Part shown: piece by piece, positions 1 to 12,758 of the stretch
Position numbering within the stretch: position 1 is the stretch's first letter
Layout of the letters: every line of letters begins with the position of its first letter
DNA from: Neovahlkampfia damariscottae
Taxonomy: Eukaryota
Direction of reading: 5' to 3'
DNA: 64,000 nt
Assembly: GCA_016618085.1 (NCBI GenBank)
Contig: JABLTG010000003.1
Coordinates: 248,001-312,000 of the forward strand
Translations under genes and position numbers: made by a program
Notes under the pieces: generated by a model
The model's database searches: none
Told to the model about the DNA's origin: nothing
The model's input: the letters and a program-made list of their open reading frames with translations, nothing else

Positions 1-2186
1 TTATCTTCGATTTCTTTGTATAAGTCATTAGAATTTAAAGTTGATATTATTAAGGAATTTAAAAATTTAAATTTAAAATTTAAAAAAAATTCAATTGAAA
101 GTACTGAATTATTTTTACAAATTGAATTATTTGAAAGTGAAATATCAATGAATGATTTAAAACCTGACGAAGTATTAACTTTGTTTTTTTTAACCAATAA
201 AAGATCAACCCGCCAATTGAAATATTAAAAAATCAAATGATGAATAATTTGAATTCAATTTCAAAAATACCTTTAAATTTAATTTTTAAATACTTAATTG
301 AAGTTATAAATTCATCTGAAAATGAATCAAAATTATCGGAAGATTTAATTAAATTATATGATTTCTTAAAAGGGAAAGAAACATTTCAAGATAAATTAAT
401 CACACAAAAGAATATCATTGATAATTTAGAAGAGTCAAATAAAATCAAAAATGAAAAATTGGAAAACTACATTCAAAATTGGATTTCATTTCCATTTCAA
501 AATGATAAAGAAAATTTAATTTTAAAAAATGAATTTGAAAAGAATAATGAAATTAAAATGGAAGAATCTTCAAATATTTTATTTCAATTGAATCAAATTA
601 AACAGATTTACATTGAAAAATTGAATAAAACATCCAATCAAATGGAAGAGAAAAATGATGAAAAGGTCACACCGAAATCCATGTCTAACAGTTCACCTCC
701 AAGTAGACCACCACCTCCACCACCATCATCATCTGTTCCAACAGGTGGGCCGAATGCTGGCCCGACAGGTGGTCCACCAATGATGTCAAGTGGAGGAGGA
801 CCACCAGCACCTCCAGGTATTGGTGGACCTCCTATTTTTGGAATGAACACAAAAAATAATTTACCATCAATTTCAAAAAAGAAATCAAGAATTCCAACAA
901 AAAGAATAAATTTAGAAAATATAAAAAAAAATAAAGTCAAAGAGAGTATATTTGTAAAAAAAGGAATTTGTGAAAATACAATACAATGTAAAATAAATGA
1001 AGAAGAAATTGAAGAATTATTTTCAAATGAATTAATAAATAAAAATGGAACCAATCATGGAACGACTGATTTGATTGGATTAAAAGAAGAAAAGAAACTG
1101 ATATCGTTATTGGATTCTAAAAGATCATATCAAATATCAATAAAATTAAAAAGTTTAAAAGGAGTAACATTAGAAGATATATATAAGGGTATATTATTAT
1201 TTAATGAAGAAATAATAAATGAAGAAGTATTAGAAATTATATCCACAACTATACCAACAGATGAAGAAAAGAAATTATTTTTTAATTTTAAAGGAAATTC
1301 AAAAGAACTAGAATATTGTGATTATTATTTTTATTTAATTTGTCCAATTAAAAATTTAAAAGAACGAATTGAAATTTGGCAATTTAAAAATAAATTCCAA
1401 CAAGAAGTTGAAAATTTAAGATTAGAAATTGAATCTATCATATTTACTGTAAAAGAATTAAACGAATCAGAGTCGTTCTTTAAATTTTTAAGTTTAATAT
1501 TGACTTATTCAAATTATTTAAATAAACAAGACTCATATGGTTTTCATTTAAATTCTTTAAAAAAATTAATTGATATAAAAACTAAAAATAGAAAATCAAA
1601 TTTATTATTTTATATTATTGAAAAATTAGAAGATTCAAATGAAGAATCAATTTATAATTTTTATAATGAATTAAAAAATATTTCAATTTCTAAAAAAATA
1701 AATATGAATTCAATCAGAGAAAGATTAAACGAAATTAAAATTTTTAAAAATTTATTGGATGATTTATTGGATAAAGATAATGAAATTGAAAAAAAATTTA
1801 AATCTTTTCATGAAATTTTATTAAAGGAATATAGTTTATTAAAAGAGAGATTTGATTTGTCGATAGGAAATTTAAAAAAATTATCAGTTTTATATGATGA
1901 AGATGAATCAATGATGCTTCAAAAACCTGAAGAATTTTTTAATTTAATTGATTCTTTTATTATTACTTATAAAATATCACAAAAAAAAGTGAAAACTTTG
2001 AGAGAAAAAAGAGAAGCAATAGAAATGAGAAAAAAGAAAAAAGAAAAAGAAGATAAGTATCAAAATTCAGATCAATCAAGAAATCTGTTGCATTCAATTG
2101 AAGAATCTTTGAGGGATGGTTCAATTTTATTGAAAAATCAAAAGAAATTTTATTTAAACAAACAAGGAGAAGATTTAATTTTATAA
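1..2186 (+). CDS. Formin (FH1-FH2), 5'-partial
   Basis: Poly-Pro FH1 (SSPPSRPPPPPP...GGPPAPPG) followed by FH2 motifs (SLLDSKRSYQISIKL, YSNYLN, YGFHLNSLKKLIDIK). A 32-nt GT-AG intron at 172-203 joins the upstream frame in phase 0 to ORF 237-2186. Confidence 0.9.
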
Positions 2187-2295
2187 AACTTATCTTCTCT
2201 CTTTTTTTATCAAATTGGTGACTTTCTTTATGTTGACTGTAAAATGGTTCGTTGTACAAAATTTGAATCCTCCACTTTTTTAAAAAAAAATTTTA

Positions 2296-4845
2296 TTATA
2301 AATTGTATGTCAACATTGAAAATAAATGAGAACTTGGCATTTCAATTGAATTCAAATTTTCAGAAATTAAAATTCTAGGTTTAATCTGAGGACCATCTTC
2401 AATTTCATCATCTGAAACAACTTCTTCATCATCAACCATAATATTCTCTTCTTCATTTTGTTTCTTCTTTTCTGTTGCAAATAATGAATTGAATAATTTC
2501 TTCTTTTGAGAGATAATCTCTTGTCTTTTGGAACATGAAATTTCACCAAGTTTTTTATAATCAAGTATTTTGATTTCTTCTTCTTTTAATGGTTTAACAT
2601 CTTCATTTTGATTCTTTTTATCATCTGTTAATAATGATTTTTCAGTTGCATCATCTTCAAAAAATATTTTTTGATATTCAGTTTGATCTTCTTTCATCAA
2701 AAGGTCATTTGATTTTTCATTCATTTTTCTTGAGAATAACTCTTTAATATCATGATTTGGATAATTTTGTTGAATACTTTCACTCTTATTTAAAATACCA
2801 ATAATTTTATCTTTATCAAACATGTTGGAAGAATCAACTGATGAAATTAAACCATCAGGAACAAAGAGAATTTCAAGTGATTCTGATTTTGGTAAAATGA
2901 CACCAGAATCTGATTCAATAGAAAGAATTTGTTCTAATGTTTTTGGAAATTCAATTGAGAGTGATTTCTCATTTAATCTTGCTTCAATAACTCTTGAAAT
3001 TTCTTCTTTTAAATCTTGAATATTTGTATAAACAGAACATAAAACTTGAAAATAAGCAGCTATTAAAGTATGAACAAAAATATCATTTGAAGTTGCTTTT
3101 GCAATTCTCAATTCTTGTAAACTAAAAACAGTTGGAATGGATTGTTCTAAATCTTTGTTTCTAAATTGTGTTAATAACATAATAAAGCATGATAAAATTG
3201 TAGCATAATTTGATTTTGAATTATCTTCCAATGAAGAACTTTCATATAAACAGTAATAAACATCTTCTCTTTGTTTTTTACTAAAAGTTGCATGAACACG
3301 ATTTGTTGAAGAGATATTTTCTTGTTGATCTTTACCACGTATTTTAACAGATGAATACATTAATTGAATTAAAACTTTTAAAGATAGATTTCTAATTTCT
3401 GGTTTGCCTTTCATACATTGGTCCAATAATGGTCTGATAAATTTATCAGGATAATGTTTTCCAGACATAATTGTTGCTGGATGACCTGCAATTACAATCA
3501 TGATTTCTAATATTGGTTTCCAATTTTCATTATCAAAATCTTTGATGATTGATGAGAAACAAGTTTCAATGAAATCAATATTTTGACTTGTATGTTCTCC
3601 TCTTTTAGCCATGTAATCAACTGCATCCAAAAGTGTTTGTTTATAATTTTTAAGCTTTTTTTAATCTTTAGTGTTTCTTTGAACTTACTCCTTCTGCTGA
3701 TATGTATTGTTGAATAATTCCACGTAATGATTCAATAGATGTTGGACCAACGCATGCACTCAAGTGTTGTCTTTCAATAATTGTTGTAATTGTTTTAACA
3801 ATACTGATTTTAATTTCTTCATCTTCAATTTTTTCAAGATGTGCTAAGAAATTATTGATGATTGTATAACCATGTTTTGACCACACACCACTTAAAAGAA
3901 TTTTCATAATTCCAATTGGAAAAGTGCATGGAATCCATAATTTTGAGTCATCTAAATGTTGAAATATTGATTTCATGAATCCTCTAATATGTGTGGTTGT
4001 TGTAACTTTTGCAAGTGATAAAAAGCAATCAGCAGCTGAATCACGTAAATCTTGAGCTTTGAGTTCAATAGTAGGATCTGTAAGTGTTTTTGTTTCATTT
4101 GATAAACCTTTAAAATCATAATTTTGATCTGATTCATCATGAAGTGCTTTTAATATTCCAGGCATTATTTTATGAACAGAAGAATGAAGTTGTAGACGTT
4201 GATTCACTTTGGAAATTGTTCTTAAAGCAGCAATTTGAACTCTAAAAAATTAATCAAAAAAATTGAATGCCAACCTCATTTGTTGTCCTGTATCTTTATA
4301 TGAGAAAGTTATTAAATTTATAACACTTTCAACATAATCAGCCAAATTTGAAGTTGAATTTTCATCTAAAAATTGTACAAGTTTACTCAACTGTAATGTT
4401 TTTTTTTTTTAAATTTTTTTTTTTTTTTTTTCTTACTAATTCACAAGCAGCTATTTTTAAATCCACTGAATCTTCAGGGCTTGAAAAAAAAAGTTTAAGA
4501 ACAGCTTCAATATTTAAACGAATTGAGATGATTTCTTGATGACAACTTTGAACCAAAGACTCAAAAATCTTACAACCAATTACAGCATAACTATTTTACG
4601 TTTTAAAAAAAAAAAAAATCAGTTTACTTTGTGTTTCCTTGTTTTACATCATTTTGAATTCTATTTTCTAAATCTTGACCAATTTTTGGCAAATTATCAA
4701 AATTATTAATAGCATATTGAGTAAAGTTTCCAATTTTACCCATAGCTCCATTTTTCTCTTTTGGATATATTTCATTGAGTAATTGTTTATGAGTTGCCTC
4801 TGTTCCACAACAGAGTTTACCAAATATTTCTGTAATTTTTGGCAT
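2296..4845 (-). CDS. EFR3: EFR3 homolog (PI4KIII-alpha plasma-membrane anchor)
   Basis: N-terminal LCCG palmitoylation cluster plus HKQLLNEIYP...FTQYAINNFDNLPKIGQDLENRIQND, typical of the EFR3 N-terminus. Four short GT-AG introns (e.g. 4591-4627) join the ORF pieces in frame. Confidence 0.8.
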
Positions 4846-4926
4846 AGTTGTTTTAAAGCACCGTTGGAAATTTAGAATTGACCAATCAACTCGAGATTTT
4901 TTAATTTAAAAAAAACACTTAATTTA

Positions 4927-5550
4927 TTAACCAATATTGTTGAAATTTTTTGCCATTGGAGTGATTATAGTTGTCACATCATTACATCCTTTCAATTTAA
5001 TCATTTCCGAAAAATCTAAATGAGCAGTCAATTCTTCAATGTCATTATTATAACGATCAGAATTAACAACAGCAAAATAAACAATAAATTCTTCACCTTG
5101 TTCTTGAATTGGTAATAATGTTTTTGTGGATATTTTTATGATATTTTCAAAATTGTCTTCTTTTTTGTCAACCAAAATAATGAATGCTTTTGCCATGGAA
5201 GATACTTCCTGAAAGTCTTCTTCTGATGAAAATGCACCTAGGGTTACACGACAAGACTTTCCATCCAAACCAGATGAAAAATTAAAGCAAGAAGTTAAGT
5301 ATTGATGAGGTGCAATAAATGTTCCTACAACTTTATCTAAACGATAAAAGAATTCTAATTCTTTCATAAATTCATCAACTGTATTTTTTGTCCCAAATAT
5401 AGCTAGTCCGTCTCTTTTTTTTTGTACTTTGTTTTTGACATCTTTTTCATGGTCTTCATCAAAATCTGTTGAAGATGTCACAGAAGGAAAATTTTCAAGT
5501 GGACCAAAATCACCACTGGATACTGTCGAAACTGATTTGAAGAAACCCAT
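4927..5550 (-). CDS. Uncharacterised protein, paralog A, degenerate Ras-like fold
   Basis: Intronless ORF. Likely start is ATG 5550 (MGFFKSVS), 3 nt after a CCAAT. Aligns along its length with the neighbour at 5808-6392. Confidence 0.75.
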   Translation of the reverse strand: MGFFKSVSTVSSGDFGPLENFPSVTSSTDFDEDHEKDVKNKVQKKRDGLAIFGTKNTVDEFMKELEFFYRLDKVVGTFIAPHQYLTSCFNFSSGLDGKSCRVTLGAFSSEEDFQEVSSMAKAFIILVDKKEDNFENIIKISTKTLLPIQEQGEEFIVYFAVVNSDRYNNDIEELTAHLDFSEMIKLKGCNDVTTIITPMAKNFNNIG

Positions 5551-5807
5551 TTGATTGGTTAGATTTTTTTTTTTTCGATTGGTTCTAATAAGGTTCGAAT
5601 GAAAATTCATTGGTCATTCCTAACCAACAACAGTATCACATCTTCCAAATCTCTATTTATTGCTCGTTTAAGCATACAAGAATCGAAAAAGATGTTCAAT
5701 TGGTTCATATAATAATTATTTTCTTTTGCATCCCAAGTGGAATCAGAGTTCACAAAATTTTTAACATTTTAAATGTTGTACAAAGTAACTTTTTCTCTTT
5801 TATTTCT

Positions 5808-6392
5808 TTATTTTTCCAATTTTTGAGCATTCAGAACAGTAGGACCTACAATCAAAGGAATATCTTCAATACCTGTCAACTCTATAATAGGACAATTGAA
5901 TTCTCTTGTCAACTTTTGAACAACCCTAAAATCACCATGATAATTGTATAATCCAAAACTAACAGAAATACATGGTTTTTCCTTGTTTACAAAAGATAAT
6001 AAATGGGTGGAAGCAATTTTAATAATTTCTAAAAAATCATCTTCTTCTTTGTCAATTAAAATGATAAATGCTTTTGCCACAGTGGAAAGTGTTTGTAAAT
6101 CTTCTTCATCGTAGAAACCTCCAAGTGGAGTTTGGTATTCAATTCCTTCAAAATTTGAAGGAAATTTATAGCATAAACTGAAGTATTCATGAGGAGTTTT
6201 GAAGGTTTCTACTTTGCTCAAGCGATAAAAAAAATCAAAATGTTCCATAAACTTGTCCATTGTTTTTTGTGAACCAAAGAAGACTAAACCTTCTCTTTTG
6301 TGTGATATTCCAAGAATGTCATCATCTCCATTCAAGAAATTTTCGATGCTTGTGCTGTCAATGTCTGAAGATACAGAGTCGAAAAAATTCAT
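5808..6392 (-). CDS. Uncharacterised protein, paralog B, degenerate Ras-like fold
   Basis: Intronless ORF. Likely start is ATG 6392 (MNFFDSVS). Shares KR(D/E)GL..FG, FFYRL.KV, PH.Y and AKAFIIL(V/I)DK.ED.F..IIKI with paralog A. Confidence 0.75.
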   Translation of the reverse strand: MNFFDSVSSDIDSTSIENFLNGDDDILGISHKREGLVFFGSQKTMDKFMEHFDFFYRLSKVETFKTPHEYFSLCYKFPSNFEGIEYQTPLGGFYDEEDLQTLSTVAKAFIILIDKEEDDFLEIIKIASTHLLSFVNKEKPCISVSFGLYNYHGDFRVVQKLTREFNCPIIELTGIEDIPLIVGPTVLNAQKLEK

Positions 6393-6526
6393 TCCTATTG
6401 GACAAAATATGAATCTCTTTTTTTGCAAATTTGAAACAAATTTTTTAGAACCAAAAACAATTTTGGACAATCCGATAAAATGCAATTTCTCCTGACCAAT
6501 GAGAAACTTCAAACAAAACCAACAAC

Positions 6527-7279
6527 ATGTCTGATCAAGAAGAAGATGAAGAATTCTTGAACATACTACAGTCCATCAGTAAAAATAAACATTAATTTAT
6601 TCAATAGCACATGAAATTAAACAAAAAAAACAAGAGAATGAATCAAGTGTAGAATTTGTTGATAAAAAAAATGGTGAAAATATTTTTTGTTGTGATAACT
6701 CAATTGGAAAAGTAACAAAACATTTAAGATTATTAGGTGAATATAAACAAAAAAAAAATTAAAATTTCAACAGGAGTCGATTGTATTTGCGAACCTGAAC
6801 TTTCAAATTTTTTACTCTTTAAATGTTTGAATGAAGGAAGAATAGTTCTGAGCAATCGTGAAAAAATAATAAAAAAATTAGAAAAACATAATAACCCAAA
6901 AGTGAATAAAAATGAAATATATTCATCTGATGACGAAGATGATGAACAAACACCAAAATACAAATACTATTTAGTAAAAGGAAAAAGTTATGAAGATCAA
7001 TTGGATGAGATAACAAATGAATTTAAAATTGAATTTAAAGAAGAATTTCTGTATAGTAGATGTTTGAAATGTAACATCTATATGGAAACTTTCAATTTTT
7101 ATGAGATACAAGATGAAGAACAACGAAATAAATTATTGAAAGAAGTTGGAGAGAAAACTATAAAATATCATGGAAAGGAATTATCTTATTGTCATATTTG
7201 TCAAAAAACCTTTTGGAATGGTTGGTATTATGAAAAATCAAAAACATTTGCAATCAAACATTCATACCAAAAAAATTAA
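6527..7279 (+). CDS. Stand-alone Mut7-C RNase-domain (PIN-fold, Zn-ribbon) protein
   Basis: After removing two introns the product reads FCCDNSIGKVTKHLRLLGVDC...EGRIVLSN...SRCLKCN...CHICQKTFWNG, the Mut7-C signature. Confidence 0.85.
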
Positions 7280-7291
7280 AAAAAACATTTT

Positions 7292-10200
7292 TTATTCATC
7301 TGCAACTAAGAATTTTGATTTTTTAAGATAATCTCTAATGAAATTTGTATCTGAATTATCATGTAATCTTCCAACTTGAGATTCAAATGTAGTTAATATT
7401 TTATGAATGTCATCAATTGGAAATTCTTTTTTTTCAGAAATGGATGCGTTTTGAGATGAGATGTATTCAATCCATTCATAAACTAAAATTGAAATTGCTT
7501 TGAAAATTCTAATTTTATCTTTTTTTGCAATTTCATATTCTGGATCAAAAAATTCTTCTGAAGAACTTCCATAACCAAAATTATGTTCAAATAAATTTTG
7601 ATAAGTTCTGAATAAATCTAAATATGAAACCCTAACTGTTCTTCTGAGAAAATCAAATACCCAATCAACATCATTTTGTGCTTCACAACTATAAAATTCT
7701 AAAATTTGACAAATTAAATTCAAAGGAAAGAATTTTTGAGATAAAGATGGTTCTGATTTATAAATTTCTGGTGCAATATCTTCAAAGAAATTAGTCAATG
7801 AAGTAATTCCCATATTTTTATCTATTTAAAAGTTATTAGATCATGATAATATATATATACGTTTTTCAATTGCTTTTTTCCAATAATCAATGATTATCTT
7901 TTTATCTGCATAATCAGAACAGTGAACAATTGATATTCTTGAATCTAATTGGAATTTCTTTGCAAAGTTATTGTAGAGCTATGAAAAATAATGATTAGAA
8001 AAAAAATATTTAAAAGTTACATATGTGACTCCTCTTAAGGATGAATTTAAATCTTTGATTGATTCAGATAAACTATCAATTTTTTTTTCATTGTTAAGTG
8101 ATATTAATTCTTTTAAAACTTTTTGTTGAACTCTTGCAACTTCTAATTTTTCTTTAATTTCAAGTGCTAATTTTTCTTTTCCAGCTGCTGCTTTAGCATT
8201 TCCAAGTGCTTGAGAAAGATAATCAACTCTTTTTGATAAATCAATATCAGCATCACTTTCTGCAATCTTTAATAGAAAGACAGCTCCTTTTTCGAATTTT
8301 TCATTCTTGATGTAATATTTTGCCAATAAATCTAATCTTTTTTTTTTGTTGAATAAAAATGATTCTAAGAATGGTGTTTGCATTCTAAGAAGATCATTTT
8401 CCATTCCTTTTGAAATGAACCATTCATATAATGCATCATGGAATAATTCATCTTTTGAGTTTTGCATGATATTTAGTACTTTTAATCTATCTCTTTGATA
8501 ATCTTCTTTTGTTAATTCTTCTAAAGTTATTTTGTTTGTTGTGGATTTTGTGGATGTAACTTTAACTGGAATTGGTGTATACAGTTGTTCTAAAACGTCT
8601 AAAGCACATTTATAACTGATTTCTCTTTTAAAGTATGCTTGTTTTCCTTCTTCATCACGAGGTTGTGATCCATTTTTCATCCATTCAAATGCAAGACCAG
8701 ATGGATCTACTTTTTCAGGAGCTGCCAAAGCCAAAGAAACTGCTGCAGTGAATGCATGTAATCTTTGAAATTCTCTAACAGTTACAGGAACATTGATATT
8801 TCCAGCAATTGTCAAATAAATCTTGATTTGTTTAAATTTTAATTTTAACTTACTTTGAGTGATTCAGAAATTGATTCTTGTCTAGTTGCAGGATCTTGTG
8901 ATGATTTAGCCTTTTGTAATAAATCAAATGCAAAATATTCATTCAAATCATTTGAATTAAAGAAAGAATAACATTTTTCTTTTAATTTTTTCACTAAAGT
9001 TTCAATTGGAGTACTTGATCCTTTGACAATAATCAATTTGACTAAATCTTTCATAATATCTTCACCTTCTACTAAAATCAAATCTCTAAAAATAATTTGT
9101 GAAACTTTTTCAATTTTATCAGGTTTGATTTGTTTTAACAATGAATACAAGTCATTTGCATTTAAGATTTCAATAAATGAGATTGCTTGAAGACATCTTT
9201 TGTTTAATTCAAAAAGTCCAGAAAGTGATAATTGTTCATTCTTTAAAGCTTCAATTTTGTTGATATTGTTTTTTCTTAATTTTTCTTCTTCAACATCTCC
9301 AAATACATTTTGAATATTTCCTTGTCTATCATTGAATCCTTTTGGTCCTGCTGAATATAAATTTTTATGTTCTATGAAAAATTGATGTAAATTTGCTAAT
9401 GGATGTTCAAGTATTTTTAATTCATTTGGTGTGTATCTACAATTAACAACTGAGTCTTTGAATGATACAATTGGGTATTTCCATAAAGGTCTAACTAAAC
9501 GTGCAAAATAAATGAATAATCCATTGTGAGATTTTGAAAAAATAATATTTTGAGCAATTGGTTTTCCCATTTGTGTGACCAAGTATCCAGGTTGATTATC
9601 TAAAATTCTATCATCAATGAAAGGTTCACCACCAATTGAAAAAAATAATGATTCTGCATTTTTTGTTAAAAATGAATTTGTATCATAATCATTTTTGTCA
9701 TCAGATAAAAGTTGTCTTGAACAACAAATTGTCAAACACATTGAACAAACTTCATCAGCACCATGTTTTTCAACAAATTTCAAAACGTTTTTATCTTTTG
9801 GATCTTTTGCATTGTAATGTTTTAAAAGATTTTTTAATTCATCAATTGGTCTTAATTTTGACTTTAAAAAATGTTAAAAAGCTAAGTGATATTTACTAAA
9901 ATATGTATTCCATTGTTTGAGAGACAAACGAATTCACGTTTTGGTTTCAAGTGTTGTGTCACTAATTCATCCAATAATTTATGTTTTGGTAATAAATTTG
10001 AGCTAATACTAAGTGGTACTTCAGCAATTGCAAGTGTTTTTCCTTTAACTTGTAAAAGTGTTGTTGTTTCATAAATTGAAAATCCAAAGGTTCTTTGATT
10101 ATAAATTTTTGATGTTGGTTCAACTGTCAAAGCAATCAATTGATCAGTGTCCTAATTAAGTTAAATTACATAATAAGAAAAGAACTTACATCACTAACTG

Positions 10201-11474
10201 AATCAGACATCAAAAAAACACCTTTTTGATAAAAGGATTCATGAATATCTGTAATACCCTATAAAGTTAAAAAATAATAAACACATACAGTTGATGTTGA
10301 AAGACTCATTTTTGAATGACTTTTTAATTGATGAGCTCTTTTGATAAATTTTAAAGTAACACTATCAGGTGAGTCATTATAACAAGTTGAAAAATAAAAT
10401 CTATCTCCTTTTGAAGAAACACAAACTAATTGAAGTGATCTTGATTCTGATTTTCCTATTTTTGAAATAGAAACTAATTTCAAAGTTTCTTTATCCCAAT
10501 GAACTCTTGGAAGTAATGATTGAGCATCTGAAACAAGACTTGAATAACTATCCACCTTTGTCATTGAATTACCTTCACTACCTAATGAATAAACCTAAAA
10601 CGAGTTAAAATTTTAGTTTTATTACATCAATAGATGATGTTTGTGAGAGTGTGTATAAAATATTTCTTGAATGATCAACTACAATATCAATTAATGGTGT
10701 TTCACTTGAGAACTTCAAAAAACTTGGTATTAAAATACCAAACATGCTTTGTGTATGATTATATTTTCTAATTTTATTTCTAAGCCATGTTTCTTCTTGA
10801 ACATAACTTAATTCATACAAACAACCATCTTCACCACATAAAAAAATTCTACCATTTGAAGTTCCTGAAATCTTCAACATTTTTACATTGTCAGTGGAAA
10901 TTGAGTAATTTGCTAGGTAGAAAAATTAACAATTTTTTTTTTTTTTACTTTCCAATAGATTGATTTCATCAATACCGTCTGTAAAGGTTACAGCTACTAA
11001 AACTACTTCTACTGAAGTAGATAAAACTAAAAGATATTTGATATAATCTTTGAAAATTCCAGGTTTTGGAACAACCAGAGAGACACTTATAATGACTTGA
11101 TTCAGTTCGTCAAATTCATAAAAATCACCACCATTTTTGTAATTCCAAATGTATAACCTGTTATCAATACTAACCCAAGCACGATCAATTTCTGGAAAAA
11201 GACCCATGAAGCAGGTGTAGTTCAGTTCTTTAAAAATAAATTAAATTTTTTTGTTTTTTATTTACTGCTGTATTGTTGAAATATTGGGTTTGGAATGACA
11301 GAAAATTGTTTTTTTTCGAAAATCTAAAAAGTTAACAAGAATTTTATAGAGTACTTCTTCTTCAATGGTTTCTGGCATTTTATTCAATTGATCAGATAAA
11401 TCAATTGTTTTTTCGTCATGACTAATGTTTAGGTCAACAATTTTAGCAGCTTTTCCAGTTTCTGCTCTGCTCAT
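7292..11474 (-). CDS. NUP155: Nucleoporin Nup155/Nup170
   Basis: MGLFPEIDRAWVSIDNRLYIWNY, GRIFLCGEDGCLYEL, SHNGLFIYFARLVRPLW, DELFHDALYEW and RVDYLSQAL. About ten short GT-AG introns traced in frame. Confidence 0.95.
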
Positions 11475-11616
11475 TGTTCAAAAAAAAAACGAAAAACAAT
11501 TGACTTGATTGGTCAAATGAAAAAGAAGGAAAATAAACTCTTTAAAAAAAATGTTTGAATAACAAACTATTTATTGAATTTTTAAGCTTTGCTGAATTTT
11601 TTGTTTACCAATCATA

Positions 11617-12660
11617 ATGAAGAAACAATTGTTGAGAACATACAACAAACCGATAACTTCAAAATTTTGCTTGAAACCAACAAATATTTTGAAATATTCC
11701 ACACAGAAACCTCCTTCAGATTCTTCTTTTGACTTTGGCAATTTGACAAAACAATTAAAAGAAGTATCAAAATTCTACTGGGATGGTTGCAAAGCACAAG
11801 TTGAAGATTTTAAAAAAGCAAATAAACTAAGAAGAGAAATATCTTATAGATTATTCAGAAGAGCAAATAGAAAAGAATTATTATTCCTAAATCAAGCATA
11901 TTATGATTTATTGAAGTTTATACCATTTATTGTTGTATTTATGTTACCTGGAGCTACATTGATTATTCCAGTGATAGCTTATTTATTTCCTATTGTTTTG
12001 CCAAGTAAACTTCAACCAAAAGATTACCAAGTAAAAAAAACAAATTTAACACAAATCTTTTAGAAGAACATACGTGAGAGTCAAGTGAAATTTCGTGAAA
12101 CTGAAAGAAAAGAATTCATTCAAAAACTCATGGAATTCATGAAAGTTGACTCACCATTGAAAGAAATCATCAACAATGTTGAAAAACTTAAAGATGAAGA
12201 TAAAGAATCAAGAACAACAGATTTTCCACTGGATTTAATGGAGAAAATAGATGATTTAACGGATGATTTTTCAGAAGAATTCAAATTAAAAAACTTGCCA
12301 GGTCCAATTTTAACTTCATTATGCAAGATTCATTTACTTCCAACTTTTCCATGGACAATAAGTTTCATGCCAAAATCAACAAAAATAAGATACTTGAAAT
12401 ACCACATGGCACAACTCAGAAAAGATGATGCTGTAAGAAAAAAATTTAGATTAACTGTTTTTCAGATGATTTCTTCAAGTGATCAATATTTTTCAAGTTC
12501 TTTAGATTCAAATGAAATAAAAGATGCGCTGCATAAAAGAGGTTTTGATACAAGAGGTTATAGTTATAAAACTTTGACTCAAGTGATGGAAAATTGGTTA
12601 GAATCAAATTCAAAACCAAACTCGTTGTTATTATTCATAGGACCAATTCTTTGGAAATAG
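11617..12660 (+). CDS. LETM1-domain mitochondrial inner-membrane protein
   Basis: Basic presequence-like N-terminus; FYWDGCK...RKELLFL...DLLKFIPFIVVFMLPG...FPIVLPS; LRKDD; ALHKRG. Two introns (near 12031 and 12433). Confidence 0.85.
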
Positions 12661-12758
12661 TTTTGCAAATCAAGTGTGTTTAAGATATTAATAAAAACCA
12701 AATTTATTATCACTTGTTGAAAACAATCTATTTTTGAATTAAAATCAGATTTATTCAA

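Noticed and set aside
638..1054. Antisense ORFs in the track (also 34817-35170, 42218-42607, 52017-52394 and others)
   Set aside because: They are shadows of real genes on the opposite strand, produced by codon bias.
5606..5770. Minus-strand open stretch (NFVNSDSTWDAKENNYYMNQLNIFF...LLLVRNDQ*) between the two paralogs
   Set aside because: There is an in-frame TAA upstream and no convincing start or splice acceptor. It may be a gene remnant but cannot be supported.
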